A DNA stretch of 57,378 bases from a virus (lineage: Duplodnaviria > Caudoviricetes): positions 1 through 57,378 of IMG/VR virus record IMGVR_UViG_3300047200_000271; one strand, written 5' to 3'. This document shows, piece by piece, positions 1 through 8,591 of this stretch. Positions within the stretch are counted from its first letter, which is position 1. Every line of letters starts with the position of its first letter. The position numbers and the translations under genes were made by a program. The notes below the pieces were generated by a model. The model searched no databases. It saw only the letters and a program-made list of their open reading frames with translations, and was not told where the DNA came from.

Positions 1-59
1 GGGCAGCATTTCCGGTTACACCCGGCCACGGACCCACAGCTTTTCACCGGTTGCAGGTC

Positions 60-132
60 TTCGCCCTGCCCTCCCATTCATCCGCTCGCTTCGCTCGCGG
101 ATGGTCACACAACACACGCAGGTAACATATGC
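60..132. repeat. Direct repeat copy A (hairpin CATCCGC..GCGGATG followed by CACGCAGGTA..TATGC)
   Basis: Aligns with 3237-3305: CTGCCCT...TTCATCCGCTCG(+9 nt)CGGATG..CACAC....CACGCAGGTA...TATGC. Confidence 0.85.
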
Positions 133-142
133 CATAAATGAC

Positions 143-176
143 AAACAAAAACGCCACCCGTATTGGATGGCGTTTT
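143..176 (-). terminator. Rho-independent terminator of the leftward early operon
   Basis: Minus strand AAAACGCCATCC-AATAC-GGGTGGCGTTTTTGTTT, just after the stop at 186. Confidence 0.8.
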
Positions 177-185
177 GGATTTGGG

Positions 186-902
186 TTATCGACCTACTTC
201 CAGTTTACATTTGCATTCTGGACACTGGAGCCACCATGTGTGCGCGTTGGATGCTATCTTCAGGTTCTCGTCGGTGAAGGTCGATGCGCTCGAATATTCT
301 CCATCTAGATACCAATGATATGCATCATCGGTTGTTAGGTAGTGTCTATTCTTGCAATACAGGGTGGCATTGGCGTAAGACCACATGTCATCCGTTGCCT
401 CCGCGATTACATACTCGCCGTATCCGCCACGGACATCGCATCCTTGGTGCACCGCTATGGCATAGTAGTCACCACATAGATTTGGGATGTCAATCGAAAG
501 GTACGTAACGTCCTGTGTCAACAAGGTTTGGCTGTTGCAAGTATTCCCACTCTTTTCACGGTCGATATCCGCACCGATAGAGTCTAGGTATGCAACGAGG
601 CATTTGTACCAGTCGTTTTCTGTATTGCGCTTGGAACGTGAGAATGCCATCAGTTTAGTAGTGTGCTCTCGATCAAAGTCAAACCCGTGATACATCCAGT
701 CAGCCACGTTGCGGGATACCTCAAAGTGTGTCGGACGTACCTCCAAACTGTAGTCCCAACCCGTTAGCTGTTCATCGGTCTTGATGGCATTACGCTCGTG
801 GTGTCTGCCGTATGCACCGCCAGAGTCTAGGAAGTGCCGACCCGTATCCTGCTTGAGGAGACGGGCGATGATTCTACGTTGCCATTCAGCGTTACTTCGC
901 AT
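186..902 (-). CDS. Conserved phage hypothetical protein with C-terminal CxxC
   Basis: ORF with motifs LDSGGAYGRHHERN and HQGCDVRGGY, ends CPECK; start moved to ATG 902, which overlaps the upstream gene end. Confidence 0.75.
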   Translation of the reverse strand: MRSNAEWQRRIIARLLKQDTGRHFLDSGGAYGRHHERNAIKTDEQLTGWDYSLEVRPTHFEVSRNVADWMYHGFDFDREHTTKLMAFSRSKRNTENDWYKCLVAYLDSIGADIDREKSGNTCNSQTLLTQDVTYLSIDIPNLCGDYYAIAVHQGCDVRGGYGEYVIAEATDDMWSYANATLYCKNRHYLTTDDAYHWYLDGEYSSASTFTDENLKIASNAHTWWLQCPECKCKLEVGR

Positions 903-1140
903 TGATTGTAAACTCCACTTCACCTGCATCTTCAAAGATGGTTACATCTACCTTGCCAGACAGGATGCCGTGCACGACAGTTTCATCCATCATCGGGTGT
1001 TCCCACGACATGATGAGGTTCACGAATTTCTGCTTGTCTGCTTTCTTTCGGCTGGTCTTGTAGCCGTGTTGCGCGTACCGGAATATCCCCGGCGCATGGA
1101 TCATCGGATTACTTGTTAGCCGCACAGATACACTATTCAC
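892..1140 (-). CDS. Hypothetical early protein (82 aa)
   Basis: Overlaps both neighbours in an operon-like way. Confidence 0.65.
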   Translation of the reverse strand: MNSVSVRLTSNPMIHAPGIFRYAQHGYKTSRKKADKQKFVNLIMSWEHPMMDETVVHGILSGKVDVTIFEDAGEVEFTINAK

Positions 1141-1369
1141 TTTCAGTCTCCTCTACTTCCCAATGCCAGCCGTCTGGCATAGTCACAACCAATTCTCTGT
1201 CACCGATGGCGATAGGGAATATTGTCTTGGCAATATTCTCTGCTGTCATGTCATTGATGCCCCATGTGGTGCGAAGCATCACGATTGTTGATTCGAGGTC
1301 CCGTTGGGAACCAATGTCCCGCAACCATTCGGATGGCGGGACCTGTCCACATTGCAAACCTAACGTCAT
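1133..1369 (-). CDS. Hypothetical early protein (78 aa)
   Basis: Strong SD AAAGGAG and a sigma70-like promoter upstream. Confidence 0.75.
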   Translation of the reverse strand: MTLGLQCGQVPPSEWLRDIGSQRDLESTIVMLRTTWGINDMTAENIAKTIFPIAIGDRELVVTMPDGWHWEVEETESE

Positions 1370-1392
1370 ACTAGTAACTCCTTTAGAATGCG

Positions 1393-1422
1393 ATTGTACA
1401 TATAGTCCATTGAAGTATGCAA
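1393..1422 (-). promoter_or_regulatory. Leftward sigma70-type promoter
   Basis: TTGCAT-18 nt-TACAAT on the minus strand. Confidence 0.6.
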
Positions 1423-1536
1423 GTTTATGTATGCCTAAGCTGGCAGCATCATGATAGACCCAAAGTCAAGCCGTGCTAGGAAGTCCAGGAATATGATGCA
1501 CCCAAGATCGGATCTGCTACCCGCAGCTGGATTCTC

Positions 1537-1565
1537 TTGCGGATCTATGCCGGTTTGTGTATATT
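1537..1565 (+). promoter_or_regulatory. Rightward sigma70-type promoter
   Basis: TTGCGG-17 nt-TATATT. Confidence 0.55.
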
Positions 1566-1614
1566 GATGTCACGTTCGTGCTCGCACGGGCGATGGTACG
1601 AAAGGTTACTAGTG

Positions 1615-1630
1615 ACACACACACACACAC
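1615..1630 (+). repeat. (AC)8 microsatellite in the early leader
   Basis: ACACACACACACACAC directly after AAAGG-TTACTA-GTG. Confidence 0.9.
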
Positions 1631-1654
1631 GCCGTCTAAGATATGTGAGGAATC

Positions 1655-1735
1655 ATGGATAACCCATTCCCCACACTCCTAGTGTTCTTTGGATTTGCAT
1701 TGTTCATCGAGTTTTTGAAAAGGAAAAGTAAATGA
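1655..1735 (+). CDS. Small membrane peptide (26 aa, MDNPFPTLLVFFGFALFIEFLKRKSK)
   Basis: Not in the ORF track; SD GAGG, hydrophobic core with basic tail, ATGA overlap with the next gene. Confidence 0.6.
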   Translation: MDNPFPTLLVFFGFALFIEFLKRKSK

Positions 1736-2352
1736 TTAGTAAAGCAACCATGTGGGATAAAGACCTACAGCTTACAAAAGCAATATCATGCGATTGGGAA
1801 GAAGATCATGGGAACAATATATCCATGATGGTCCAATCGTTTGAAGGTGATGTAGACATTACGCATTGGAATCATAATAAACTTACACAAGCCATCGCGG
1901 ATGGCAAAATCAAGTGGGGCAATGCAGAGTCTGTCATCGAATGGTACAGGTACAACGACATCTTGGTTGAATTGCCATGCCTTCACAAACATCAGGTTAT
2001 TGTTGGCAATATTGGGACAGTACGATCAACGTACATGTACAACACCGCTGAAGTCGCGTTTGAATCCTATACCAGCGAGCATCTAGAGGGACGTGGCAAG
2101 GGTGAGCCGGTTACATGGATGTATGACGGAGAGATAGTCAAGGAATACAACCCTATGGGTTTTGCAGGGAAGCTTGCATCCATGCTGAACGATTCATCCT
2201 TTGACGAAGAACCAACCATCATGGTTACCGTCACACTCAGAGATGGGTCCAAGATTGTCGCGACACCATACATTGCTATGATTGCTGATGTAACCTACCC
2301 TCACATTACAATCCTTGCAGACGAAGTAGGACGCGGTGACGAAGATGCATAG
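1732..2352 (+). CDS. Hypothetical early protein (206 aa)
   Basis: Long ORF, SD AAGGA, operon context. Confidence 0.8.
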   Translation: MISKATMWDKDLQLTKAISCDWEEDHGNNISMMVQSFEGDVDITHWNHNKLTQAIADGKIKWGNAESVIEWYRYNDILVELPCLHKHQVIVGNIGTVRSTYMYNTAEVAFESYTSEHLEGRGKGEPVTWMYDGEIVKEYNPMGFAGKLASMLNDSSFDEEPTIMVTVTLRDGSKIVATPYIAMIADVTYPHITILADEVGRGDEDA

Positions 2353-2827
2353 TATCTACAGCAATAGACTTGCCATATCTGGGACCAAGGAAGATGTTTC
2401 CGTATGGCTGAAGGAAAACACCGATGTAACCATCGGGTTCCCATACATCGAGCTTGATATGAGCGTCTCATGCCATATCCCTGATGACGAGTTGTGGGAA
2501 GACGCGATTGGTGCTTGTTATCGTGGTACAGATGACGTGCTTGAAATTAAAGATGACGGCCAGACGGCTGTTATCTACTTTGAGACCGGTGACAACATCC
2601 CTCTGGTCTACGATCATGATGCAGATACCATCTGGGTCAAACGTGGGTGGTTGAAGGAGGTAGCGGCGAAGTATCCACATCTATCATTCGGTCTGAACGC
2701 CCATTCCTACGATGATGACTACGTGATTGAAATGGAGTGGGCAAACGGTGAGCTTACGTCTGGTTCCGCCAGATGCGGCGCGTCAGACACCCTGACCGAT
2801 GATGACCGATTTATATTGGGAGATTAG
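2345..2827 (+). CDS. YubB/Api92 (DUF1281)-like ferredoxin-fold protein
   Basis: N-terminal MHSIYSNRLAISGTKEDV resembles MPNWCxNxLxIxG; IYFET...VAAKYPHLSF; alternative start GTG 2336. Confidence 0.55.
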   Translation: MHSIYSNRLAISGTKEDVSVWLKENTDVTIGFPYIELDMSVSCHIPDDELWEDAIGACYRGTDDVLEIKDDGQTAVIYFETGDNIPLVYDHDADTIWVKRGWLKEVAAKYPHLSFGLNAHSYDDDYVIEMEWANGELTSGSARCGASDTLTDDDRFILGD

Positions 2828-2829
2828 AC

Positions 2830-3174
2830 ATGAAAGTAACAGCAGTGGAGATTAGCGCAGATGACATGGAAAACATTGTCTGCGCCGCATTCGAGGGGGG
2901 CATCAATTATTGGTGCTCCTCCGCCGATGGTATGCATACTCAAGCAGAAAACTATTGCCCAGATGGCTGGGCATACAGCATCCATGTGAAGGATGAGTGT
3001 GCAGACGAAGATGACATCAAGCCAGCTACGCTGGACGCAGAGACATTGCAGAAAGGCATCATGATCTGCCTCGAAAAGTATCCTTGGCATGTTGACCTAA
3101 CTGGAGACTTTGACGCAGAGAATGCCGATTCCATCGTGCAATGTGCGATATTCGGAGACATAACCTTCGGTTAG
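2830..3174 (+). CDS. Conserved acidic phage hypothetical protein
   Basis: AFEGGINYW ... DAENADSIVQCAIFGDITFG; SD GGAG. Confidence 0.75.
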   Translation: MKVTAVEISADDMENIVCAAFEGGINYWCSSADGMHTQAENYCPDGWAYSIHVKDECADEDDIKPATLDAETLQKGIMICLEKYPWHVDLTGDFDAENADSIVQCAIFGDITFG

Positions 3175-3194
3175 AGCTCCAAGCTGAACACTTA

Positions 3195-3228
3195 CACCCG
3201 CTACCTGATCGGTGGCGGGTGTTTTTTG
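3195..3228 (+). terminator. Rho-independent terminator
   Basis: CACCCGCTACC-TGATC-GGTGGCGGGTG followed by TTTTTT. Confidence 0.85.
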
Positions 3229-3236
3229 TGCCAACA

Positions 3237-3305
3237 TTCGCTGCCCTTACAGCTCATGTTCATCCGCTCGCGGATGTGCACACACCCCACGCAGGTATGT
3301 TATGC
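3237..3305. repeat. Direct repeat copy B
   Basis: Paralogous to 60-132; hairpin CATCCGC-TC-GCGGATG. Confidence 0.85.
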
Positions 3306-3399
3306 ATCATATGGGGAATCCACACACTGTTTAGATACCTGCTGGGTTATGGGATACAATCGACACGTTGGATTGGTATTTAATTTTAAGAGGTAATTA

Positions 3400-3816
3400 T
3401 TGAACACACTAGTGATTGCACAAAAGATCGTTGATGCATGGGCTGCTGACGCAGATCCACAGCTGAAGGGTGGCTGGAGTCAGGTTGAGGTCCGCCTTGG
3501 TAAACGTGGTGATAAACCAATGGGTATTGTCATATGGCCATCATGGAGACTTGACGTTGTATCCTTCCTTATCCCAGACACACTGCCTGAATGTTTTAAA
3601 GACATCGAAACCTGTGACATGACGTTTGAGGCAAAGGATGGCACGATTATAACGAAGACACACGCAGCTGACAAAACATACGATTTTGATAATCTCCCAC
3701 ACGCTGTAGCCTGTATGGTAGTAGATGAATTCCTATCAGGGACATGGACACCACCATGGCAGTGTGGTTATTGCAGAGATCGTAAGCAAGGCATTGTGAA
3801 ACCTAACTGGTGGTAA
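3400..3816 (+). CDS. Hypothetical protein with C-terminal CxxC
   Basis: SD GAGGT, TTG start, abuts the next gene. Confidence 0.75.
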   Translation: MNTLVIAQKIVDAWAADADPQLKGGWSQVEVRLGKRGDKPMGIVIWPSWRLDVVSFLIPDTLPECFKDIETCDMTFEAKDGTIITKTHAADKTYDFDNLPHAVACMVVDEFLSGTWTPPWQCGYCRDRKQGIVKPNWW

Positions 3817-4335
3817 ATGTTTTACTGTTGTCGTATGCCAGGTAGGACTAAATGGTTTAAGAAAAAGATAGATGCTGAGATAGAGCTACGTCTTATGCTT
3901 CTTACCATGAGAGATAAAAAAGCAAGCGGTAATGTTCTTGTGTATACGTGCAAAAGGATGTTTGAAACCCTTGATGAGTTAGTAGCTTTCCTAAATGGGA
4001 AACACACTATGAAGCTCATTAAGGGATATGCACATTCCGATGGAACTATTGTAAATCGCTTGAACACAAATGATAAGTTTAGTGTGCGTAATGCGTGGTT
4101 TTTTCCAGAAATACATCCATCATCAAAACATGCATCGTGGGTTTATTTCATCGATAATAACCTTGATGTGAAAGAGCTCGTTGCTAGAGCTCCTGACCCA
4201 AAAGCATTACACATTGCGTTCAAGTTAGCTGGAATTACAACAGATCAAGATGGCGTTCAGATGAACGCGGCCATTGCTAAGTACGTATGGAATTACACAC
4301 ACAATATAATGGTTGAAGGAAGTGATTCGTTCTGA
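3817..4335 (+). CDS. Hypothetical protein (172 aa)
   Basis: ATG immediately follows the upstream TAA. Confidence 0.75.
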   Translation: MFYCCRMPGRTKWFKKKIDAEIELRLMLLTMRDKKASGNVLVYTCKRMFETLDELVAFLNGKHTMKLIKGYAHSDGTIVNRLNTNDKFSVRNAWFFPEIHPSSKHASWVYFIDNNLDVKELVARAPDPKALHIAFKLAGITTDQDGVQMNAAIAKYVWNYTHNIMVEGSDSF

Positions 4336-4423
4336 TATTCTACGGTCGTAGAAAACACAGGGCCCCACGATACGAGGTTGTATATCGTAAGACCCTGCCA
4401 ATAGGAGACGTATAAAGTCTATC

Positions 4424-4822
4424 ATGTTAGAAGCTGAGCTCCAGAATCACGTACGTCAATCATTAGCATTGCTGGGTTACACGATCGTTGAGATAGGTAA
4501 ATCTAGGGGTAAGACCAAGTGTAATAAATGTGGCTCATATAGTCACGCAACTGGATGGCAAGGTAACACCGTTGGTGCACCTGATATCTACATTCATGCA
4601 CCATGGTGGGCCAGTTGTGCAGTTGGGATAGAACTAAAGACAAAGAAGGGGACTGTAAGAAAACAGCAACAAAACCTTGCTGATCAAGGCATGACATCAA
4701 TATGTCGTAGTTTGAGTGACGTTTTGGACGTTGTGATTTTGTTTGAGAACAACTTATCGCATTTCGCCCAGGCGGAGAAAGTTAGTAAGTTTAAAGAGGT
4801 TAATAAGCATGTTTGTATTTGA
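4424..4822 (+). CDS. VRR-NUC-like PD-(D/E)xK endonuclease with CxxC insert
   Basis: EAELQ..V...L, GAPDIY, IELKTKKG.VRKQQ motifs. Confidence 0.75.
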   Translation: MLEAELQNHVRQSLALLGYTIVEIGKSRGKTKCNKCGSYSHATGWQGNTVGAPDIYIHAPWWASCAVGIELKTKKGTVRKQQQNLADQGMTSICRSLSDVLDVVILFENNLSHFAQAEKVSKFKEVNKHVCI

Positions 4823-5477
4823 TAGGGACGATTGGCAATTCATCGTTCAAAAGAATAGTTTAGATACGGTCTGGTATGCATCCCATCCAGATGACGAAGT
4901 AGATTCGATTAGTACCGTGATGGCAAATATTGCTGGTGAAAACTACTTGATTGTTGCTGACTCAGAAGAAGAGCTTAGCACCCAAGTTGTCATGAAGAAC
5001 AACGAACCATACGTTGCAAAACAAATGACATGGCACACTGTCGGTTCAATGTTTAGGTTTATCTTTTACAAAGACAAGCCAAGATTCTTTGCGGGAGGAC
5101 GAGACTTCCGTGCTAACAGTATCCTTACTTGCCCCGGCGGTGAACTTGTACCAGACATCTACTCGTTCATTGCTATTGGACAAAACGAAGATGGCACATA
5201 CGTTATGCATAACAATGCGGTAGTTGCTGAAACAAATCCGTATGACTTACTTGCTGTGATTGACCAACTTAAACTTAATTACAAAGTAGAGAACATTATC
5301 TCTATGCCATTGATGCAAGCAGCTCCAATGTTTGAAAGACTATGGCACGATGATCGTGTACACGAAATGGGCGAACGCCTTGTCTTTGACCCTAAGTGTA
5401 TTGACATGGTGTTTGGTGAGAGTGACCCAGAAGATATGGAAGAACGTTTGCTTAGGAAGTTGAAGGAATTGAAATGA
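4809..5477 (+). CDS. Hypothetical protein
   Basis: ATG 4809 preceded by SD AGAGGT; ATGA overlap with the next gene. Confidence 0.75.
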   Translation: MFVFDRDDWQFIVQKNSLDTVWYASHPDDEVDSISTVMANIAGENYLIVADSEEELSTQVVMKNNEPYVAKQMTWHTVGSMFRFIFYKDKPRFFAGGRDFRANSILTCPGGELVPDIYSFIAIGQNEDGTYVMHNNAVVAETNPYDLLAVIDQLKLNYKVENIISMPLMQAAPMFERLWHDDRVHEMGERLVFDPKCIDMVFGESDPEDMEERLLRKLKELK

Positions 5478-6094
5478 GAATCGAAGACCACTTAGTTAAA
5501 ATGAAAGGGGGCAAGCTTTATGCCCCCGTGTATGTTCGCATCGCATTGTTTCGTGAAGACCATCCCGTTTCTGACGGATGGGGTATTACAGCAGAGGTCA
5601 TTGAGACCGATGAAGTATCGTGTTTGGCACGAGCTTGCATAACTGACCCTCAAGGTCGAGTTGTCGCAACCGGACACAAACGTGAACATCGTGCTCATTT
5701 TCCTGATTTTGAGGAGAAGTCACTTACTGGTGCGGTAGGCCGTGCACTCCTCTTTGCTGGATACGGTACGCAGTATGCATTGGATGAACTTGACGAAGGC
5801 GAGCGCATTGTGGATGCACCTATCCCTAGCGTAATTAACGCATCAGCAGTAGTCAAGGCTAAAGGGGCAGGGCCAGATCCCAAGGAAGAGTTCAAGACTC
5901 ACCTCGAAAGACTCATTCCAGGCATGAAACCTAGTGACATGAAGCTTACTTTCTACGGCCTCATGGGTGAAGGTACTGCATTCTCGAATGAGAACTTCTC
6001 GATTGCTAACTCACTGTTACGCATGATGCAAACACCTGACGCACTTGAGCAGTACATGGTCAAGGCAGCTGAAGGGGTAAAGACCATTGACTAA
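5474..6094 (+). CDS. Rad52/Sak-like single-strand annealing protein (putative)
   Basis: KGGKLY..V.VRI..FR.DHP, A.ITD.QGRVVATGH and EKSLTGAVGRAL pattern; adjacent to a Gam-like gene. Confidence 0.55.
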   Translation: MRIEDHLVKMKGGKLYAPVYVRIALFREDHPVSDGWGITAEVIETDEVSCLARACITDPQGRVVATGHKREHRAHFPDFEEKSLTGAVGRALLFAGYGTQYALDELDEGERIVDAPIPSVINASAVVKAKGAGPDPKEEFKTHLERLIPGMKPSDMKLTFYGLMGEGTAFSNENFSIANSLLRMMQTPDALEQYMVKAAEGVKTID

Positions 6095-6683
6095 CGACAT
6101 TGAATGGGTTGAAATCCCAGACGAAGAAGGTGTCATTCATCTATATCACCCGGAAACGGGTGAGTATGCTGGACCTAAGAGTAAGTGGTTGAACCCTGAT
6201 ATTCAGGGTGAGGAGGATGCGCTCGCTGTACTCAGGGCTATCGCTGAGACACGATCAAGAGCTACCGCTATCAAGGCTCGCTACGACCTGTTGCTTCGGC
6301 AGCAGGAACGCGAGCTCAAGCGCACAACCAGCAAGGAACAGTGGTTGATGACAACGTACGAAAACCAACTTGGTCGGTACGCTGAATCAGCATTGCCACG
6401 TAAAGCAGATGGAACCTACCGCATCAAGACGCTCAGTCTTCCGTGGGGTGACATCGCTGTACGTGACAGCAAGGCCAAACTGTCAGTTGACTCTGAAGAA
6501 GCAGCTGTATTCTGGGCACGAGAACATTGTCCCGGCGCAGTCAAGGTGAAGGAGTCAGTACTCGTTAGCCTTATCCCTGAAGCAGTCAAACAGGAGATGC
6601 TGGACTGGCCAGGATTAGCTATCCTGCACGGCTTGTCTGTCACTCCTGCTGAGACCAAGTACGTCATTAAGACTGTCGATTAA
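6087..6683 (+). CDS. Mu Gam-like host-nuclease inhibitor
   Basis: Coiled coil followed by KTLSLPWGDIAVR...VKVKESV, typical of the Gam family. Confidence 0.65.
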   Translation: MTNDIEWVEIPDEEGVIHLYHPETGEYAGPKSKWLNPDIQGEEDALAVLRAIAETRSRATAIKARYDLLLRQQERELKRTTSKEQWLMTTYENQLGRYAESALPRKADGTYRIKTLSLPWGDIAVRDSKAKLSVDSEEAAVFWAREHCPGAVKVKESVLVSLIPEAVKQEMLDWPGLAILHGLSVTPAETKYVIKTVD

Positions 6684-6814
6684 TGCCTGCAATACTTGTT
6701 GGCATAGCCATATTCGTTGGCATTCTGATCCTGATCCCGGTGTTTATCATCGGGGTTTTGGCAGATGGAATCAACCGATGGTACGAGGAAAGTAGAGAGA
6801 TGGACAATGACTGA
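6683..6814 (+). CDS. Small single-pass membrane protein (43 aa)
   Basis: Not in the ORF track; MPAILVGIAIFVGILILIPVFIIGVLADG...; TAATG overlap upstream, overlaps the next start. Confidence 0.7.
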   Translation: MPAILVGIAIFVGILILIPVFIIGVLADGINRWYEESREMDND

Positions 6815-7352
6815 AGAAGTTGTACACATTGGCTCTATGCCATCTTCGGTCCGCATATCGGATGTTGGGGTCACGTTCACTGAAGAGATTGCATTCCAAG
6901 ATTGGTCACGTCTCATGGAGACATTGTCTCGCATGGAGACCGCATTTCAATTCGCTATTGGTGATGCACTGGTCTACGGGCAAACTGCATACGGTGAGAA
7001 GTATAGCCAAGCTATGGATGCTACAGGACATTCGTATCAGGCACTGGCGAACTACTGCTGGGTCAGCAAGTCAGTTCCCATCGATGTCCGACAATCAGGA
7101 TTGAGTTGGACACATCACAGGATTGTGGCTAAGCTTCCTCCGGATGAACAGCAATCAATGCTTACGGCATCGATCCATAACGAATGGACTATCGATCAAT
7201 TGTCTGAGGTTATACGGGGTAAACCCGTCGAGCCAAGGGTGATAGAAACAATCAAGGTCCCTACAGGGATGTCTCCATCTGATGCAGAGAAGATACTGAA
7301 GACAGCACAGAAGTGCACCAAGGAACTATGCGACACTTGTCCATATAGGTAA
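6807..7352 (+). CDS. LmbU-family DNA-binding regulator
   Basis: F.DW..., IGD.LVYG...YGEKY.QA...TG.SYQ.L.NY.WV, LSWTHH..VA.L...EQ, W...QL match the LmbU family pattern. Confidence 0.7.
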   Translation: MTEEVVHIGSMPSSVRISDVGVTFTEEIAFQDWSRLMETLSRMETAFQFAIGDALVYGQTAYGEKYSQAMDATGHSYQALANYCWVSKSVPIDVRQSGLSWTHHRIVAKLPPDEQQSMLTASIHNEWTIDQLSEVIRGKPVEPRVIETIKVPTGMSPSDAEKILKTAQKCTKELCDTCPYR

Positions 7353-7356
7353 TCAA

Positions 7357-8121
7357 ATGATTGATGTTTTTAATGGCCGGAGGCGTAATGCCTCTGGCCA
7401 GTCTAGTCTTTCGTACGTTCAGATTTCACACGAACTGAAGCAACACTTGAAGCTGTTCACTGGATCATCATGGGTGGTGTTTACATGCCTATCACTGCAT
7501 GCAGACCAAGATGGCCGCTGTTGGCCCTCCATCTCGCTCATTGCGGAGGAAACAGGCCTAACAGATAAAACTATCCATACTGCCATCAAACACCTCTGTA
7601 CGGTCAAAATAGACGGCAAATCAGTACTATCCATTGAACCCAGGTACAGCGAAAGTGGTAGGCAGACGAGCAATCTGTACACGGTATTCCCAGAAGGGGA
7701 GGGTGTAAAATTTACTACGGGGGAGGGGGGTAAAATTTACCACCCCCATTACATTGAAGAAAATACAGAAAGAAGTATCCCCTGTAGTCCCCAAAAGAAA
7801 CCTAGGAAACAGGCTCAGCTCCCGAAGGATGATGACCCAGCGCTAGACTTGTACGTGACGTATCGGATGGCCTTGGGTATGGACCCAGAGTTCACTGTTG
7901 GTGAATGGCAAGGCGTACACATTTGCCTTAGACAGATGATCCATCACGGGGTCACGGCTGAGGACATCGCGATGCGAACAAGAGCTCTTGCGAAGAAGTG
8001 GGGTAAGCCACACATGGTTACCGTGCATGCTCTGTGGAAACACTGGGGTAGCGCTATCCCGCAACAAGACACGGGTGAACGAGCTGCAATGATCTTGGAT
8101 TTTGTTCAGAAATTAGGTTGA
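7357..8121 (+). CDS. Phage replication initiator (HTH_36-type, lambda O-like organisation)
   Basis: L..HAD..GRCWPSI..IAEETGLT.KTI..AI..L...SNLY; internal iteron-like repeats; upstream of loader and DnaB. Confidence 0.8.
   Translation: MIDVFNGRRRNASGQSSLSYVQISHELKQHLKLFTGSSWVVFTCLSLHADQDGRCWPSISLIAEETGLTDKTIHTAIKHLCTVKIDGKSVLSIEPRYSESGRQTSNLYTVFPEGEGVKFTTGEGGKIYHPHYIEENTERSIPCSPQKKPRKQAQLPKDDDPALDLYVTYRMALGMDPEFTVGEWQGVHICLRQMIHHGVTAEDIAMRTRALAKKWGKPHMVTVHALWKHWGSAIPQQDTGERAAMILDFVQKLG
7696..7775 (+). promoter_or_regulatory. Putative replication origin iterons inside the initiator gene
   Basis: GGGGAGGGTGTAAAATTTAC (7696-7715) and GGGGAGGGGGGTAAAATTTAC (7720-7740), followed by an A-rich tract. 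Confidence 0.6.
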
Positions 8122-8168
8122 CAAGTAAGCAGAGTATCTTGTATACCTGCGGGGAGAGGTGGTTAGTA

Positions 8169-8591
8169 ATGATTACAGAGATTAGTTTAGAAGACAGGCT
8201 TGATTCGTATTTCGTTGGTAAGAAGTTGGAGTATCCTGACGGCATAACTCGTCGGGCTGGTCAAGTCCACACGGATATGGATCATGTTGCGACAGATGTA
8301 GTGCGGTTTTTCGTTACATTGCAATCAGACACTAAGACTATTGCATTCAAAGAGAATACTCAGTATTTGACTATTGGCATCACCAAGTCTTTACCCAAGG
8401 GTAGTGGGATCATTTCGTTTACAGCTGACTTTGAGGGTGAAAACTTTACCAAGTTCATACTCTATCGATGCATTGGTCGAGAGACTAATACCTACATGTG
8501 GGACGAAAACAATGTCTCAAAGTGCATTGGCGGTGTCCTGACTCGTAAATACGTACAAGGCATCATGCTCGATATCTTCGGACGTATCTGA
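8169..8591 (+). CDS. Hypothetical protein
   Basis: SD GAGGTG before ATG 8169 (alternative TTG 8118); TGATG overlap with the next gene. Confidence 0.7.
   Translation: MITEISLEDRLDSYFVGKKLEYPDGITRRAGQVHTDMDHVATDVVRFFVTLQSDTKTIAFKENTQYLTIGITKSLPKGSGIISFTADFEGENFTKFILYRCIGRETNTYMWDENNVSKCIGGVLTRKYVQGIMLDIFGRI

Noticed and set aside
60-3305. CRISPR array or tRNA in the repeats and hairpins
   Set aside because: Only two copies 3.2 kb apart, no spacer periodicity, no cloverleaf or T-loop consensus
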